The notes under the pieces were generated by a model. The model did no database searches. It was not told the origin of the DNA and worked only from the letters and a program-made list of their open reading frames with translations. Below, piece by piece: positions 8,292-18,205 of a stretch of 29,488 nucleotides of DNA. The stretch covers positions 1 to 29,488 of IMG/VR virus record IMGVR_UViG_3300032290_000340; one strand, given 5' to 3'. This DNA is from a virus (Duplodnaviria > Caudoviricetes). The first letter of the stretch is position 1. Each line of letters opens with the position of its first letter. The position numbers and the translations under genes are program-made.

Positions 8292-10979
8292 ATGGCTGAG
8301 TCGTCGTTAGACCCATTTGGCGACGCTTCGGTAGGTTCATCCTCCGACGAAGCAAAGGCAAAGCCAGCCCGTAAAAACATGAACATGTTTAACAGCGTCT
8401 TGCGTCTTGCAAGTAGTCCTGCTTTTGAACGTGGTATGAAAGCCCTTGATAAAGCCTTCGACAAATGGATGAAGGCTGAAAAGGGAGCCTCTGGTGGTTC
8501 AGGGGGCAGTGGTGCTGACCAAGTATCACGAGCCATAAACAACATGAAGAGCCAGCCCGCAAGTGGTGGTTCTTTCCAAAACTTTATGGGTGGTTTTACA
8601 GGCTCTGGTGGTGCTGGTAAAGCGGCTGGTGTTGGTAGTGCTGTAGCCGCAGGTGTGCAACTTGGGGTTATGGGTATAAAGGGAATTGATGCACGTGTTG
8701 ACAATGCCTATGGTCAGATGCTTTCCTACGACAAGTTGTCAATGCTCTACCAACAGACGCAGGGTATTTCTCAAAACCGCTTTGCCAATGCTGTATTGCA
8801 ACCTCTTGGTAATTACAAGTTAGGTCAAGGTGGTGCAAGTTCCCTTCTAGGTCTCCAAGCCTCTACAGGACTAAGTGCGCAAGGAAACGCCGCAGGTGTT
8901 GCTGGGTTGCGAGCCGCAACTGGCTTTGCTTATAGCACCCAAGACATGGCGCAAATGATGCGCACCATGGCATCTCCTATGGTAAACAACCGTATGACCA
9001 TGACACTTGGTACTGGCATGTATGGTCCCGGTGGTCAACAACGAAACATAATGCAAGTTATGCAACAAGTTGTTCGTGGTTCTGGTCTTACAAATGAGCG
9101 TATGGTTAATAGTGGTATGCAGATTGGTTCTGTTACCCGTGCCCGCCTTGCCGCATTTGGTATTGCTGACGAAAACATGCAGGACATGGTTTTGAACTAT
9201 GCCAAGTCAAACATTCAGTACCAGAAAAAGGGTGGCAAGGGCATGTACGACCCTAATAATAAATCCGCCCAAAGGTTAATGGGTATTGATAAAAACTTTG
9301 CTAATGAGCAAGAAGAATCACAACGTGTTGGCGAAGCACGTGACATGCAGTTCTACAAACGTCAGAACGACAACTATGCACAGTTAGAACGCAACACACA
9401 AGGACTGATTAAAGCCTTTGGTGCCCTTGAAGACAAGTTGTCTGGAATCATTGGTACACGTACCAGCATGCGTAACAATAAGAACCTTGCTATTGGTAAG
9501 ACCATCCTCGGTGGTCTTATGGTTGCTGGTGGTGTTGCCGCTGGTATTGCTACCTTTGGTGGCTCGTCTGTCCTTAGCGCTGGATTAATTGCTGGCGGTG
9601 TAGGAATGGTCGGCAATGGTATGAGTGGATTCTCTGGTCCGGGTGACCCTATGCCCAGTGGCGCAAAAGATTACTCCGTTGGTTACGGTGGGAAAAGGAT
9701 GTCACTTAGTGATGCAATGAGTAAACCCTCTGTTGCAAAACTAAATCCTAAATTCCGTGAGCGCATCTTAAAGATGATGAAAGATAACCCTGCCGTTGGT
9801 ATCGGTTCGGGTCACCGTGAGTCTAGTAAACAGAGAACAATGTTCCTTGATAGGTACTCTAAAACAGAAGATAAAACAGACATCTTTTGGGAAGGTGCTT
9901 ACTGGAAAAAGAAGGGTGGAGTTGCACCTGCGGCTCCTCCGGGATTCTCAATGCACGAAATCGGTCTTGCGGCTGACCTTACAGGTGACCTTGACTGGGT
10001 GCAAAAAAATGCAAGTAAGTATGGTCTAAAAACATTTGGTGGTGTCAATGGTGAGCCTTGGCACGTTCAACCAGCAGAACTTCCAAACAGCCGTAGTGAG
10101 TATGAAAAGTCTGGAGCCAAGTGGGGGTTAGGTGGTTCATCCGAACGCTCAGACCCTAATGCACGAATTGCAGGAATCTCAGATGGTGTAGCCCCCGATA
10201 GATTTAGTAGTTCTAGAGGTGGTGCGTCGTCTGCTCTTAATCAAACATCCATTATGGATAGCATTACTGCTAGTCGTGAGAACACCATTAAGGGTGTTGG
10301 TGGCGGAGGCGCTGGTGCGGTTAGCGCAAGCGGTCGTCGTACGGGTGCAGGCTCTGGAACTAGTTCAATTAAACGTCGTGGAAAGTTGAAGCCAGAAGAA
10401 GTGGCTCAACTGCTTTACTCAGCAGGATTCCGTGGTGACGACCTTGCAAAGGCTATTGCTATTTCTTATCGTGAAAGCAACCACAACGCAGGTTCTCGTA
10501 ATGATAATGCTAAAACAAAAGACCTTTCGTATGGTTTATTTCAAATTAACATGCGTGGTGATTTAGGACCTAGTCGTAGAAGGTCTCAAAACCTTAAATC
10601 AAACGATGACCTTTTTGATGCGGCTACCAACATCCGTGTTACTAAAAACATGTACAACTGGAACAAGGGTCATGGTCGTGACCCCTTCCATGACTGGGGT
10701 CCTTACAAAGGTAAAGATGCTTTATATGGTCGTGCTGGTACCTACTATCCAAAGGCACAGGCTATTGCTAAACAGGTAAGTAGTGGTGACCCTATGCCTG
10801 TTGGTCGTTCAATGGGTGGCGGTGGGGGTGCTACTTTCGTTGAAGGTGGTTCGGTCACAATCCATGCACCAGTGACTATCCATACAGGTACTGGTTCTTT
10901 TGACCCAACTCATATTGGGCAAGAGGCTGGGCGTGCAATTGAACGTCAATTACGTATTGAAATGATGAGGAGAAACTAA
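8292..10979 (+). CDS. Tape measure protein with C-terminal M15-type peptidase and lysozyme-like (SLT) domains
   Basis: Position after the chaperone; Ala/Gly/Met/Gln-rich N-half with a hydrophobic segment; SMHEIGLAAD...EPWHV Zn-peptidase motifs (~9948-10067); RES...DLSYGLFQIN transglycosylase motif (~10470-10550). Confidence 0.85.
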   Translation: MAESSLDPFGDASVGSSSDEAKAKPARKNMNMFNSVLRLASSPAFERGMKALDKAFDKWMKAEKGASGGSGGSGADQVSRAINNMKSQPASGGSFQNFMGGFTGSGGAGKAAGVGSAVAAGVQLGVMGIKGIDARVDNAYGQMLSYDKLSMLYQQTQGISQNRFANAVLQPLGNYKLGQGGASSLLGLQASTGLSAQGNAAGVAGLRAATGFAYSTQDMAQMMRTMASPMVNNRMTMTLGTGMYGPGGQQRNIMQVMQQVVRGSGLTNERMVNSGMQIGSVTRARLAAFGIADENMQDMVLNYAKSNIQYQKKGGKGMYDPNNKSAQRLMGIDKNFANEQEESQRVGEARDMQFYKRQNDNYAQLERNTQGLIKAFGALEDKLSGIIGTRTSMRNNKNLAIGKTILGGLMVAGGVAAGIATFGGSSVLSAGLIAGGVGMVGNGMSGFSGPGDPMPSGAKDYSVGYGGKRMSLSDAMSKPSVAKLNPKFRERILKMMKDNPAVGIGSGHRESSKQRTMFLDRYSKTEDKTDIFWEGAYWKKKGGVAPAAPPGFSMHEIGLAADLTGDLDWVQKNASKYGLKTFGGVNGEPWHVQPAELPNSRSEYEKSGAKWGLGGSSERSDPNARIAGISDGVAPDRFSSSRGGASSALNQTSIMDSITASRENTIKGVGGGGAGAVSASGRRTGAGSGTSSIKRRGKLKPEEVAQLLYSAGFRGDDLAKAIAISYRESNHNAGSRNDNAKTKDLSYGLFQINMRGDLGPSRRRSQNLKSNDDLFDAATNIRVTKNMYNWNKGHGRDPFHDWGPYKGKDALYGRAGTYYPKAQAIAKQVSSGDPMPVGRSMGGGGGATFVEGGSVTIHAPVTIHTGTGSFDPTHIGQEAGRAIERQLRIEMMRRN
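9642..10798 (+). repeat. 14-bp direct repeat GGTGACCCTATGCC at 9642-9655 and 10785-10798
   Basis: Two identical copies in the same frame (GDPMP), flanking both hydrolase domains. Confidence 0.85.
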
Positions 10980-12928
10980 TGGCTGTTGACCGTTATGCAA
11001 CTAATGCATTTACAAACTTTGCTGACTATGAAGGAAACGACTTAAAAGCAGGAAAAGTATTAAAAGGGGACAACCCTGATTTCTTGTACCCTCCAAAAGT
11101 TTTACGGACAGCATCTGGAAGCCTAGCAACAGACATTGACCCAATTACTAAAAAACCAGTAGACAGAGTTGGTTCTCATACTCAAAAAGTACAACGTGGC
11201 TACATGAGAATGCTTTCGCAAGGATTTAAAGGTGGTTCACCTCTTTCCAAGAGGCGTTTGCACTTTCAATTTAACCCTGACACCATTGTTCGACACGTAG
11301 AGGCTCGTCAAGACGTTCAACTGTGGATGAACCAAGACCCCGTCCAGTTGTTACAACCAATGCCCGGTACCTCTAACTTTGCTTTTGACCTTTTATTTAA
11401 TCGTGAAGCAGAGATTGCCTCTGGAAAATACAGGGCTGGTTCAGAGGTACTTGAGTCAACGGCAAAGGCAGTATTACCCTTAAAGCCCGGTGCAAAGGGC
11501 ACGTCTTCTGACATACCCCATAGCGCTGTTACAGATATTGGTGTTCTTGCAGACCTAATAGTTTTTGATGACATTATTGGTCAAGGAATCAATATGGATT
11601 TAATTAATAAAGTTATCACTAACGCTAATTCAGTTAATGCGGCGAGGCGTGCCGCCGCCGAAAAGGCAGGTACAGGTGGTACCACGCCAGATACAAGTGC
11701 GCAAGCAACCGTTACTATTGAAGCGGGTAAAATTAAAACAATAACCCTTAGCCAAGGTGGTACTGGCTACATCTCTGCCCCAGAAATTACCCTTTCTGGT
11801 GGTAATGGTACTGGCGCCAAATTTACTGCAACTGTCGCAGGTGGAGCAGTTACAGAGGTAAAAATTGATAATGCTGGTACAGGGTTTACCTCTATTCCCG
11901 GTGTTACCTTTACAGGTGGTGGAGACGGCTCTGGAACATCAGGGGATGGTACGTCTGATTCGCAAGATATACCACCAAAGTTTGATGAAGCCGATGCTAG
12001 AACTAATCTCACCAATAACTTTGGAAACTCTGCCTTTTTAGTTTCTTTACCTATTCGTATTGTTTTTTCTTCTTTGTTTATGGTTGAAGGGTATATAACT
12101 TCAACAACAGTAACATTTAATAAATTCAACCCAAACATGGTCCCTACTCAATGCACAGTCGGTATTCAGATGCAGGCTATGTACATGGGTTTTGCTAAAA
12201 AAGATACTTTCCTTACTTTGTCTTTAGCACAAGGTTTGAAGGCGGCACAAGAGGCTCTTACAGAAGCAGGTGAAACAGACTCTGACCCTGAAGTTGCCGC
12301 AGTTGAAAAACTAGGTGAAGCCCTATTTCAAAAAAATGTTAAACGAGGTAGTACAGGAAGTGTATGGTCACCTGACGAAAGTGACGAGGTTCGTGAAAAT
12401 ATTGGACCATGGCAAATATATGAAAGAGCCGATTACATACAGACAATTGCACTTAAAATAAACCCAACAAAAGAGTTAAAAGAAACACTAAAACGAGGTT
12501 CTATTAAGGATATTGATTATTCGGCGTCATGGAAAATTACTTATCTTGGTAATACTAATACCGCTACCCCTTTAGGAAACTCAATGGGCATTGTAAAAAA
12601 CGAAACTCTTGCAACAATTTATAAAACAGGCTCGTTTGGCCCGGAGGGGATTGGAGACTTAAAAGACAAAACTGGCGACACACTTGTAATGCAGTTTGTA
12701 GGAAACGCCCTACCTGCTGGAAAAAAAGTAGACAGTACCACTACTAGTAAGTACAGAGTTCAGTTTCGTATTATTTTTACAGTACAGACTACATCTGGAG
12801 AAAGTATTCCTTGTAGCCAAGCATTTGATTGCAACTTAACTACAACATTTAATGCAACTACGGATAAACCTTATGCTTCAAGAAAAGGTTCTATGGTTAC
12901 AAAAACCACAAAATGGGAGGATTTGTGA
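10979..12928 (+). CDS. Baseplate tube-initiator / hub-associated protein
   Basis: LHFQFNP and FAFDLLFNR in the N-terminal part, VEGYITSTTVTFNKFNPNMVPTQCTV later (tube-initiator fold); interrupted by a Gly-rich beta repeat; TAATG coupling. Confidence 0.7.
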   Translation: MAVDRYATNAFTNFADYEGNDLKAGKVLKGDNPDFLYPPKVLRTASGSLATDIDPITKKPVDRVGSHTQKVQRGYMRMLSQGFKGGSPLSKRRLHFQFNPDTIVRHVEARQDVQLWMNQDPVQLLQPMPGTSNFAFDLLFNREAEIASGKYRAGSEVLESTAKAVLPLKPGAKGTSSDIPHSAVTDIGVLADLIVFDDIIGQGINMDLINKVITNANSVNAARRAAAEKAGTGGTTPDTSAQATVTIEAGKIKTITLSQGGTGYISAPEITLSGGNGTGAKFTATVAGGAVTEVKIDNAGTGFTSIPGVTFTGGGDGSGTSGDGTSDSQDIPPKFDEADARTNLTNNFGNSAFLVSLPIRIVFSSLFMVEGYITSTTVTFNKFNPNMVPTQCTVGIQMQAMYMGFAKKDTFLTLSLAQGLKAAQEALTEAGETDSDPEVAAVEKLGEALFQKNVKRGSTGSVWSPDESDEVRENIGPWQIYERADYIQTIALKINPTKELKETLKRGSIKDIDYSASWKITYLGNTNTATPLGNSMGIVKNETLATIYKTGSFGPEGIGDLKDKTGDTLVMQFVGNALPAGKKVDSTTTSKYRVQFRIIFTVQTTSGESIPCSQAFDCNLTTTFNATTDKPYASRKGSMVTKTTKWEDL

Positions 12929-13170
12929 TTACACTATCTTCACGCTATACGACCGCCATCGCTGAAGATGGGCAAGTAGTTTCTGTCAGGAAACCTATTT
13001 CTCCAACTACTTATACTGTGTATACGGTTCGTGACGGAGACACCCTTGATTTGTTGGCAACAAACATGTACGGGGACCCTACCCTTTATTGGCGTATTGC
13101 AGACATGAACCCCCACATAGCCTTTCCTGATTTGCTTCAGGTTGGTGACGTACTCAGACTTCCAGAATGA
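12925..13170 (+). CDS. LysM-domain baseplate protein (P2 gpX-like)
   Basis: YTVRDGDTLDLLATNMYGDPTLYWRIADMN...GDVLRLP; GGGAGG RBS and GTGA overlap favour the start at 12925. Confidence 0.9.
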   Translation: MITLSSRYTTAIAEDGQVVSVRKPISPTTYTVYTVRDGDTLDLLATNMYGDPTLYWRIADMNPHIAFPDLLQVGDVLRLPE

Positions 13171-14333
13171 TTTTTAAAAGTGCTTTCCCTAATTCACCAA
13201 AGGTGAATATGATTATTGATGGAGTAGAAGTCGATTACACAGCCATAAATTCTATTCACATAATGTCAGCAGAAAATGAACATGACTACGCCGAATTACA
13301 TGTTTCTGGTCTTATCCCAAAGTTGGTCACAGAATACATTAACCGACCTGTTTTTTTAAGCATCGAGTACAGCCCTACACAAAAAACATCATTCTATGGG
13401 TACGTCGCTTTCGTAGAACCAAAAGCAATCACAAGGCGTGGTCTTAATAATAAAAGCCCAATACAATCTGCAACTATTGCTTGTTTTGGTGCCTCTTATG
13501 ATATGAAGCCAAAAAAAAGCCGTGTGTGGGAAAAAGTAACTATTAGACAAGTAGTAACTAAGATTAGTGACGAATACAAATATTCTTGCCAAGTTCCCAC
13601 TAACCCTTATATTTTTACAAGACTTGCTCAAAGCCATGAATCTGATGTGGAGTTTCTTGTAAGGGTATGTACCTCACAAGGTTATAGAGTTCATATTAGT
13701 GGTTCGCATATACACGTTTATGACCCTTTCAAAGCGGTGTCTAGAAACATGCCTTACGCCGAATTAACCACTTTGTCTGATAGTTCAACAAACGCAAAAT
13801 TTGCTCCCGGTAGAGTTATGGAGTTTGATGGAACTTTTGGAAGTAACACTCCATATGGGTCATCAAACAACTCCGTTATTGAAACGTTAGACAATGACGG
13901 AAACTTGATTAAGTATAAAAATGAAGAAGAGTCTATGGGATTAGGCACAGTCTTTCCCGCTAGGTTTACTGATTCAATACCCGTTAACGCCGTATCACTA
14001 TCAGCCGTTCAATCCATAAGTAGTGCCCACGTGCGTAACCAAACCCCATTCCATGCGCAAGTATCCACAACAGGAATACCTGAGGTAATGGTTGGGTCAT
14101 TGGTCAGGCTAAATAAGTACGATTCTAAATTTGATGGGTTTTGGCTAGTTTCCAAAATTTCCCAAAAAGTGTCCCGCTCGAACTATGTCACTGAATTATC
14201 TATTGTGCGAGATTCAACCACTAATGAAGAACTCATTACTTCAAATGGTTTGCCTTATACTATTCCTGATGAACCAATTATTGTTAATGATTTATGGGTT
14301 TCAAGCAATCCAAAGGTGTCGTTATATGCCTAG
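13167..14333 (+). CDS. Baseplate hub protein (P2 gpD / T4 gp27-like)
   Basis: FYGYV, QSHESDVEFLVR, GIPEVMVGSLVRL, FDGFWLVSKISQ motifs; synteny after the LysM gene. Confidence 0.8.
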   Translation: MIFKSAFPNSPKVNMIIDGVEVDYTAINSIHIMSAENEHDYAELHVSGLIPKLVTEYINRPVFLSIEYSPTQKTSFYGYVAFVEPKAITRRGLNNKSPIQSATIACFGASYDMKPKKSRVWEKVTIRQVVTKISDEYKYSCQVPTNPYIFTRLAQSHESDVEFLVRVCTSQGYRVHISGSHIHVYDPFKAVSRNMPYAELTTLSDSSTNAKFAPGRVMEFDGTFGSNTPYGSSNNSVIETLDNDGNLIKYKNEEESMGLGTVFPARFTDSIPVNAVSLSAVQSISSAHVRNQTPFHAQVSTTGIPEVMVGSLVRLNKYDSKFDGFWLVSKISQKVSRSNYVTELSIVRDSTTNEELITSNGLPYTIPDEPIIVNDLWVSSNPKVSLYA

Positions 14334-14365
14334 TACCGCCAAAAAAGGTATAGTAGAGAGACGTT

Positions 14366-14776
14366 ATGCCAGCACTTAAAACCCCCTTTTCCATCTCATC
14401 TAATGGGACTGTGTCGCAAACAACCGACGCTAGGCGTGCTGTTGAACAACGTATTACTGATGTCTTAGTAACCACAAAGGGTGAGCGTGTAATGCGCCCT
14501 ACGTATGGTGCGGGTATGACAGAACTATTATTTGAACCTATTGATGACCTTCTTTATGGAGAGTTTCGAATGGATGGGTTAGAAGAGTTGGCAAGGTCTG
14601 TTAGTGGTGTCGGTATTGAAAACTTAGTCATTACCCCAACAGATTCTAGTATGACTGACATGTACGAAACATCTTTGAATGTAGGCGTTACCTACAAGAT
14701 TGGTCCTTTTGATAGAGGCTCAGTCTCTGTCTACCTCGGAGACCCTAACACCCTTACGCAGGAGTCCACACTATGA
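14366..14776 (+). CDS. Baseplate wedge / sheath initiator (gp25/GpW family)
   Basis: LKTPF, LVTTKGERVMRPTYGAG..LLFEP signature. Confidence 0.92.
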   Translation: MPALKTPFSISSNGTVSQTTDARRAVEQRITDVLVTTKGERVMRPTYGAGMTELLFEPIDDLLYGEFRMDGLEELARSVSGVGIENLVITPTDSSMTDMYETSLNVGVTYKIGPFDRGSVSVYLGDPNTLTQESTL

Positions 14777-16359
14777 GCAATTATGACTACACAAGTCGAG
14801 ACTATACATCCATTCAAAAGGACCTTCTTGACAGGGCAACACGTGTACTTCCAGACTGGACATCTCGTGACGCCTCCGACTTTGGTATGGTTTTTGTGGA
14901 CCTTTGGGCGTACATGGGAGACATTCTTCATTATTATGTTGACCGTGCGGCAGGTGAGTCTAACCTTACAACTGCTACTCAACGTGAAAGCGTTTTGGCT
15001 ATTGCGTCTTTAATGGACTACATCCCTAGTAGTCGAACACCTGCACGTGGTGAGGTAACACTAAACATCGCTAACAGCGTTGGTACTGACACGGTACCTG
15101 TTCTTATTCCTAAATACACACGACTTGTTGCAACACCCCGAAACTCATCCGCAACTTCTGTTGTTTTTACCCTTGACAATCCTATTGCTATTACTAGTAC
15201 CGTAAGTGGTTCATATTTTGACGCTACATCTGGTACGAACTTTATTGCTTACTCAAAGGTATCTACCCCATTAATTACTGTTCAAGTAACTGAAGGTGAA
15301 AGGTATGAAGAATACTTTACCGCATCAGGAAAACTTAGCCAGCAGATTCAGTTAGGAAACTCTGGTGTTGTTCGTTCAAGCGTAACAGTAAATGTAGCAG
15401 AAGGACAAAATGGTGATTATGTTGAGTACGCTTTTGTAGACCGAGTCCTTGAAACAACGTCTTCACAAAAAGTGTTTTATTTAGAGACAACCGCTACTGA
15501 CCGCTCGGTAGTTGTCTTTGGTAATGGTGTTAACGGAGCAATTCCTGTTCCTAATGCTGAGATTATAGTTAACTATAGGCGTAGTCGAGGAGACGCAGGT
15601 AACCTTCCTGCGTACTCAATTAAGGCGTTTGAAGGAACCCTTTCGACAGGTTCTAGCCTAAATGGTGTCGTAGTCGTTGGTAATGTGGCACCACTTATTG
15701 GTGGTAGTGACTCTGAGTCAATAAGTAGTATGAAGACAAACATACCACTGTCTTTCCGTACCCAAGACCGTGCTGTTTCTCTACAAGACTATGCTGACCT
15801 TGCCCTACGTGTCCCCGGTATCAGCATAGCGTCTGCAACTGTTAGTGGTAGCACCGTTACCCTTCGGGTAGTTAGTAATGAAACAGACTATTCATCACGA
15901 ACAATTGCGCAAAATACAATTGCGGCAAACACTGCCGTTGAAGAAGCCGTTAGTACATACCTTTCAACACGTACAGTCGCTGGAATCACTGTATCTGTAA
16001 CGTCGGCTGTTTCCCTTAACCGTGTTCGTGTAAAACTTGCACTTCAGGTTCTGGATGGGTATATCCGACAATCAGTGGAGAGCGATGTAGTTGATGCTAT
16101 TAGGTCTTTATTTGTTTTTGACAATGTGGAGTTCAGTGGAAGCGTTTCTCTTGGAACCCTTTACCGAACAATCATGAACACTACGGGAGTTGATTACGTT
16201 ACCATTTCTCAATTTACTAAGGGAAGTACCGACGTAATTGACTCAAGTGGCTCATTCCAAGGAGTCACCGCTACTACGGGTAACTTGCTCTACATCCCGT
16301 CAGATGGACTACCTATCTTCACGTCTAGCACAGGTGGTATTACAGGGTCTGAGGTATAG
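14773..16359 (+). CDS. Baseplate J-like wedge protein
   Basis: DYTSRDY, WTSRDASDFG, TATQRESV, FGNGVNGAIP, GGSDSES, QDRAVSLQDY motifs. Confidence 0.92.
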   Translation: MSNYDYTSRDYTSIQKDLLDRATRVLPDWTSRDASDFGMVFVDLWAYMGDILHYYVDRAAGESNLTTATQRESVLAIASLMDYIPSSRTPARGEVTLNIANSVGTDTVPVLIPKYTRLVATPRNSSATSVVFTLDNPIAITSTVSGSYFDATSGTNFIAYSKVSTPLITVQVTEGERYEEYFTASGKLSQQIQLGNSGVVRSSVTVNVAEGQNGDYVEYAFVDRVLETTSSQKVFYLETTATDRSVVVFGNGVNGAIPVPNAEIIVNYRRSRGDAGNLPAYSIKAFEGTLSTGSSLNGVVVVGNVAPLIGGSDSESISSMKTNIPLSFRTQDRAVSLQDYADLALRVPGISIASATVSGSTVTLRVVSNETDYSSRTIAQNTIAANTAVEEAVSTYLSTRTVAGITVSVTSAVSLNRVRVKLALQVLDGYIRQSVESDVVDAIRSLFVFDNVEFSGSVSLGTLYRTIMNTTGVDYVTISQFTKGSTDVIDSSGSFQGVTATTGNLLYIPSDGLPIFTSSTGGITGSEV

Positions 16360-16361
16360 CA

Positions 16362-17945
16362 ATGGCTAGAGTTTCTTTTCGCACACGTCGTGACACTCTC
16401 GCTGGTGGAGACCCTATTGGTGTTGGGTCATACGCACGTGGTGGTTCAAACTTTCAAGAAATAGCAGGGGTATCTACTGCTCTTCAAGATAATGACAAGG
16501 CAATACGTTCTAACGATTTCATTATTGCGTTTGATGCACAACAAGAATCATTATTTGAAGCAACTGCGATTGACTACAATACTGTTCTTGTCTCATGGGA
16601 GTTAACTGAAGCACCTACTACAGAAGCACTACTTTCTGGCTCATCTGGTCTTATTGGTTTGATGCTTCGGTATTCAAATCTGGGTTATCCCGAATCTGCA
16701 AATGCAGGAGATGAAGTTTTTTATGATGAAAACGCAGTAGACGTAAACCTTAGTAATTTTCAAGTAATTCACCCAAACGTTGCCGAAGGTCAGTGGGCGT
16801 ACTACACACTTTTTGGTCGTTACTACCAAGATGGTGGTGGATATTGGTATGAAAAATTTGCATCAGTTGAAACACTTGTCCCTACGGACTATGGCTCTAC
16901 TGATAGTTTGTGGAAACGTATCCCACAGTATTACCGTGAACAAGACGGTGGGGACTTGTACAAGTTCTTGTCAGTGTTTGGTTTTGAGTTAGATAGAACT
17001 AGAACACTTATTCAAAGTGTGTTTCTTGGACATGACCCCCTTCTTGCAGAGGCAGAAGGGGTTGACCAACTTGCCAAACTAGTTGGGCTAGAAGTTGGTG
17101 TAGAAGACGTCGGTGTAGCCAGAACACGTGCCCTTCTTCATGACATTGGGTTTCTCCGACGACGTAAAGGAACTATTGATGGAATTATTGGGTACTTAAC
17201 CGCCCTTAGTGGTGCCCGTGTTTCCTTTACTAATGTTGCTGGTATTGGTTATCAGGCAACTATCCATGCTCAACGAGCAAACCTTATTGGTAACCCCCAC
17301 CTATTTGGAACAGCGGGAACCACGTGGGACACTTTTTCAGACCAAACAATTACAAAAGTAAACTCGTCTGGAAAATTAATCATGTCATTTAGTGGCACAG
17401 GAACTGCGAAGGTGGCTTTAATCTCTAAAGTAGCCATACCTGCTGAAGCAGGGACTCAGTATTATATGTCCTCTGAAATAACACCTACAGGAGCCACAAC
17501 ATATTACGGTGGTGGTCTTCTATCCTCCAGCACAATGACAACCCTGCCAACACTTTCTGCGGTTACTCCTATCAAGTATGTTGGCGCACGACCTATTTGG
17601 GAAGTAACAACACCAACAACCACAGGTACCTACTACCCTGTGTTGTACTTCTCTATCCCAACTGGGCACTCTGTAACTGTTGATGACTGGATGCTTGAAC
17701 CAAATAACTACGGTGAGTATTTTGATGGGTCAAGTGACTTCGGTGGATTCCTATTTCAAAACAACTTCAACGACCACACATGGTCTGGAACTAAGAACGC
17801 CTCGTACAGCACCTTTACTGTTCAAAGAAAGAAAACACAGGAAGCAATTAAACGAATCTGTTCGTCCATTATGCCTGTTACAATAACCTTTGACCCTGCA
17901 AACACATCTCAACTTAGGTTTGATTGGGTCCCCGGAAAGACATGA
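16362..17945 (+). CDS. Baseplate wedge protein (P2 gpI-like domain) with additional beta domains
   Basis: LWKRIPQYYREQD..LYKFLSVFGFELD and RRKGTIDGI motifs; follows the J gene. Confidence 0.7.
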   Translation: MARVSFRTRRDTLAGGDPIGVGSYARGGSNFQEIAGVSTALQDNDKAIRSNDFIIAFDAQQESLFEATAIDYNTVLVSWELTEAPTTEALLSGSSGLIGLMLRYSNLGYPESANAGDEVFYDENAVDVNLSNFQVIHPNVAEGQWAYYTLFGRYYQDGGGYWYEKFASVETLVPTDYGSTDSLWKRIPQYYREQDGGDLYKFLSVFGFELDRTRTLIQSVFLGHDPLLAEAEGVDQLAKLVGLEVGVEDVGVARTRALLHDIGFLRRRKGTIDGIIGYLTALSGARVSFTNVAGIGYQATIHAQRANLIGNPHLFGTAGTTWDTFSDQTITKVNSSGKLIMSFSGTGTAKVALISKVAIPAEAGTQYYMSSEITPTGATTYYGGGLLSSSTMTTLPTLSAVTPIKYVGARPIWEVTTPTTTGTYYPVLYFSIPTGHSVTVDDWMLEPNNYGEYFDGSSDFGGFLFQNNFNDHTWSGTKNASYSTFTVQRKKTQEAIKRICSSIMPVTITFDPANTSQLRFDWVPGKT

Positions 17946-18196
17946 ACTACATAATTGGTGCATTAGCCGTTTACAAAATTGTCCAACTACTTGATGCCTT
18001 GTCACCCAAAGAAGCCATGCCATGGGTCAAAGTGTTGACTGGTATTGTTTTTGGATACATAGTGGCGTTTGTCACACATATGCCTGACAGGTGGACTTCG
18101 GGTCTCGCTGTGGCTACACTTGCTGGGACGTGCCACGGCGTCCTACGATTCATTACTTTGATTGGGGACTCTGCGGGACGACGTTCACCTAGATAG
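17942..18196 (+). CDS. Small membrane protein, holin-like
   Basis: ATGA overlap at 17942; two to three hydrophobic segments and a basic C-terminus (GRRSPR). Confidence 0.5.
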   Translation: MNYIIGALAVYKIVQLLDALSPKEAMPWVKVLTGIVFGYIVAFVTHMPDRWTSGLAVATLAGTCHGVLRFITLIGDSAGRRSPR

Positions 18197-18205
18197 GAGA
18201 CTCGC

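Noticed and set aside
5067-17945. Extracellular contractile injection system or tailocin
   Set aside because: Neck genes and a full replication module flank it, which indicates a phage.
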